Positions 62,501 through 64,000 of a stretch of 64,000 nucleotides of DNA are shown piece after piece. The translations under genes and the position numbers were made by a program. The DNA lies in NCBI GenBank assembly GCA_030390025.1, contig CM059443.1, positions 66,588,001 through 66,652,000 on the forward strand, read 5' to 3'. Under the pieces are notes generated by a model, which was given only the letters and a program-made list of their open reading frames with translations, searched no databases and was not told the origin of the DNA. The stretch's first letter is position 1, and each line of letters begins with the position of its first letter. The DNA is from Squalus acanthias (lineage: Eukaryota).

Positions 62501-63208
62501 AAGTGAAAGGCTTTAAAAGGTTAGAATAAGAGCGTATTAGTTTAAAAGTAAAATTCAAGTTGAAGGTTTTTTTTAGGGTGGTAGGGGGAAAATAGAATAA
62601 GTTGTTGAAGGGGTCACTGGCCTGAAGTTGTAAGTTGTCACTTTGAGGGCATTCATTCATGACATGTTTTGAGCCTGATATTTGACGCAGTGTATTGATC
62701 CATCCTATGTTTAAGATGGTGACTGATATTTTTTTGGTGGGCAAGGCTATTGAAAAGTTTGAGAATAGAGTGCAGTGGAAGTCATTGACCTTTGTTACCA
62801 GCCAGATGGTTGGAAAAGACCTTTAGCTGTCGTGTTACAGTCCAATGTTCCTAATCATGGGTAACTATTGCCTGCTGGAGCTTGCTTTATTACTATAGGA
62901 AATCGGCAAGAAGTTTCCAAAATTAGTCTTTTTTTTTGCATCCCCCAGGAGTTAACATTACTCGTGATTGAAGGACAAGGTTGCGCTGTCTAACGTTAAG
63001 GTGAGTACTAATGGATGGTCTGTTTCCCTCTTTTGTTTTTATGTTTTGTATCTAATAGTTGTGCAGTGAAATAATACATTCCACGTTTTGTATCTGACAC
63101 TAGCATAGTCTGATATGAGCAAGTGACCTGCAAGAACCATTTGGTATTGGTCAAGGCGTGGAGGTTGTTTTCGGCAGTAGACTTGGTTTGAGATCTGCCT
63201 CTCCTTAC

Positions 63209-63314
63209 CTGACTGGCTGGATTGGGTAGTGCGTCCTGCTGTGCTGACCCAGCATCACTTGCGACTGATCCTGGAGATTCTCCACTTGCTCGGGGTCCTT
63301 CAAGCCTCGTGTTT
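63209..63314 (-). CDS. nr2e3: NR2E3 penultimate coding exon ([36 protein letters not shown])
   Basis: Minus ctccctcag| and AG|gtaagg; 106 nt, phase 1-2; joins the last exon in frame. Confidence 0.95.
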
Positions 63315-63404
63315 CTGAGGGAGAACACAGTATAGGTGAGTGTCTATTTCACTGATGCAGGAAAATCTTCCTAAGATTCCATTAAAAATACACTCATACA
63401 TCTC

Positions 63405-63800
63405 TCTTCCTCACCCCCCCAATGGCCTAGTTGTTAATCTTGCTGAGGCACACACACACGGAGAGTCCCAGATCCCTAGTCTGTGTTAAGATAGCTGATG
63501 TCAGCCTGGGATGGGATTTGGTGCTGTACATTTGATCTCAGTATCCTTGAGTTAGGGAGAAGAAAAGTGGCCAGGGTTGAAGCTGTAGCTAGCTATCCAG
63601 TGACCTCTGCTGGAAGTGCATGTGTGGGCATCAGGTGAGGACTGGCTCTATAGCTACAGTCAAATCGCTTGCGTGCTCACTATCTGGGATGACACATGAA
63701 GAATACCCACTTGGGCGAGGTACTGGAAATAGGTCAGTGGCCATGGACCTGTATCCTCGGATGAGTCAGCACCTTCAGGAGAGGAAGGGAAGAAACTGGA
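63405..63800 (+). mobile_element. MER131-like SINE, near full length
   Basis: CCTCACCCCCCCAATGGCCTAG...AGCTGATGTCAGC...TATCCAGTGACC.CTGCTGG...CACATGAAGAAT.CCCACTTGGGCGAGGTACTGG...CTTCAGGAGAGG. Confidence 0.72.
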
Positions 63801-64000
63801 TAAAGAAAATGAATGGAAAGAAAACAAATGGCCCAGAGCATAGCCATCCCCACTGAATAGTCCCAGTCTTCAGCTGAACTGTGGCACAGGCCTCACTGAA
63901 TGCATCTGTGCACATGGCCATGACCAAAAGTTGCTCATGACCACAAGTACAGTGCATCATAAAAGAATTGGGGCTTCTTTCTGTGTAACATCCACATAAA

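Overview
Vertebrate genomic DNA, most likely a cartilaginous fish (shark-type SINE, LINE and Penelope repeats). The + strand carries the 3' two-thirds of myo9a (myosin IXa). I reconstructed 25 GT-AG exons by hand. They join in frame (5,399 nt, about 1,798 aa): end of motor, IQ neck, 1.7-kb tail exon, C1 zinc finger, RhoGAP, coiled coil, and the C-terminal FGNNEFMV. A probable 3.3-kb 3'UTR follows. The last two coding exons of nr2e3 lie tail-to-tail on the - strand. Introns hold CR1, L2 and RTE LINE fragments, many ancient tRNA-SINEs (MER131-like, LF-SINE-like, Deu-domain), a CpG-rich TIR element, two Penelope-like insertions with exact TSDs (one with an intact minimal hammerhead), and minisatellites. 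The most notable unexplained signal is a cluster of candidate frame-preserving (micro)exons of 39, 54, 18 and 12 nt, plus stop-containing candidates, in the 9-kb intron just after the RhoGAP domain. No database searches were run. Family names and ortholog comparisons are from recalled sequences, and repeat boundaries are approximate.
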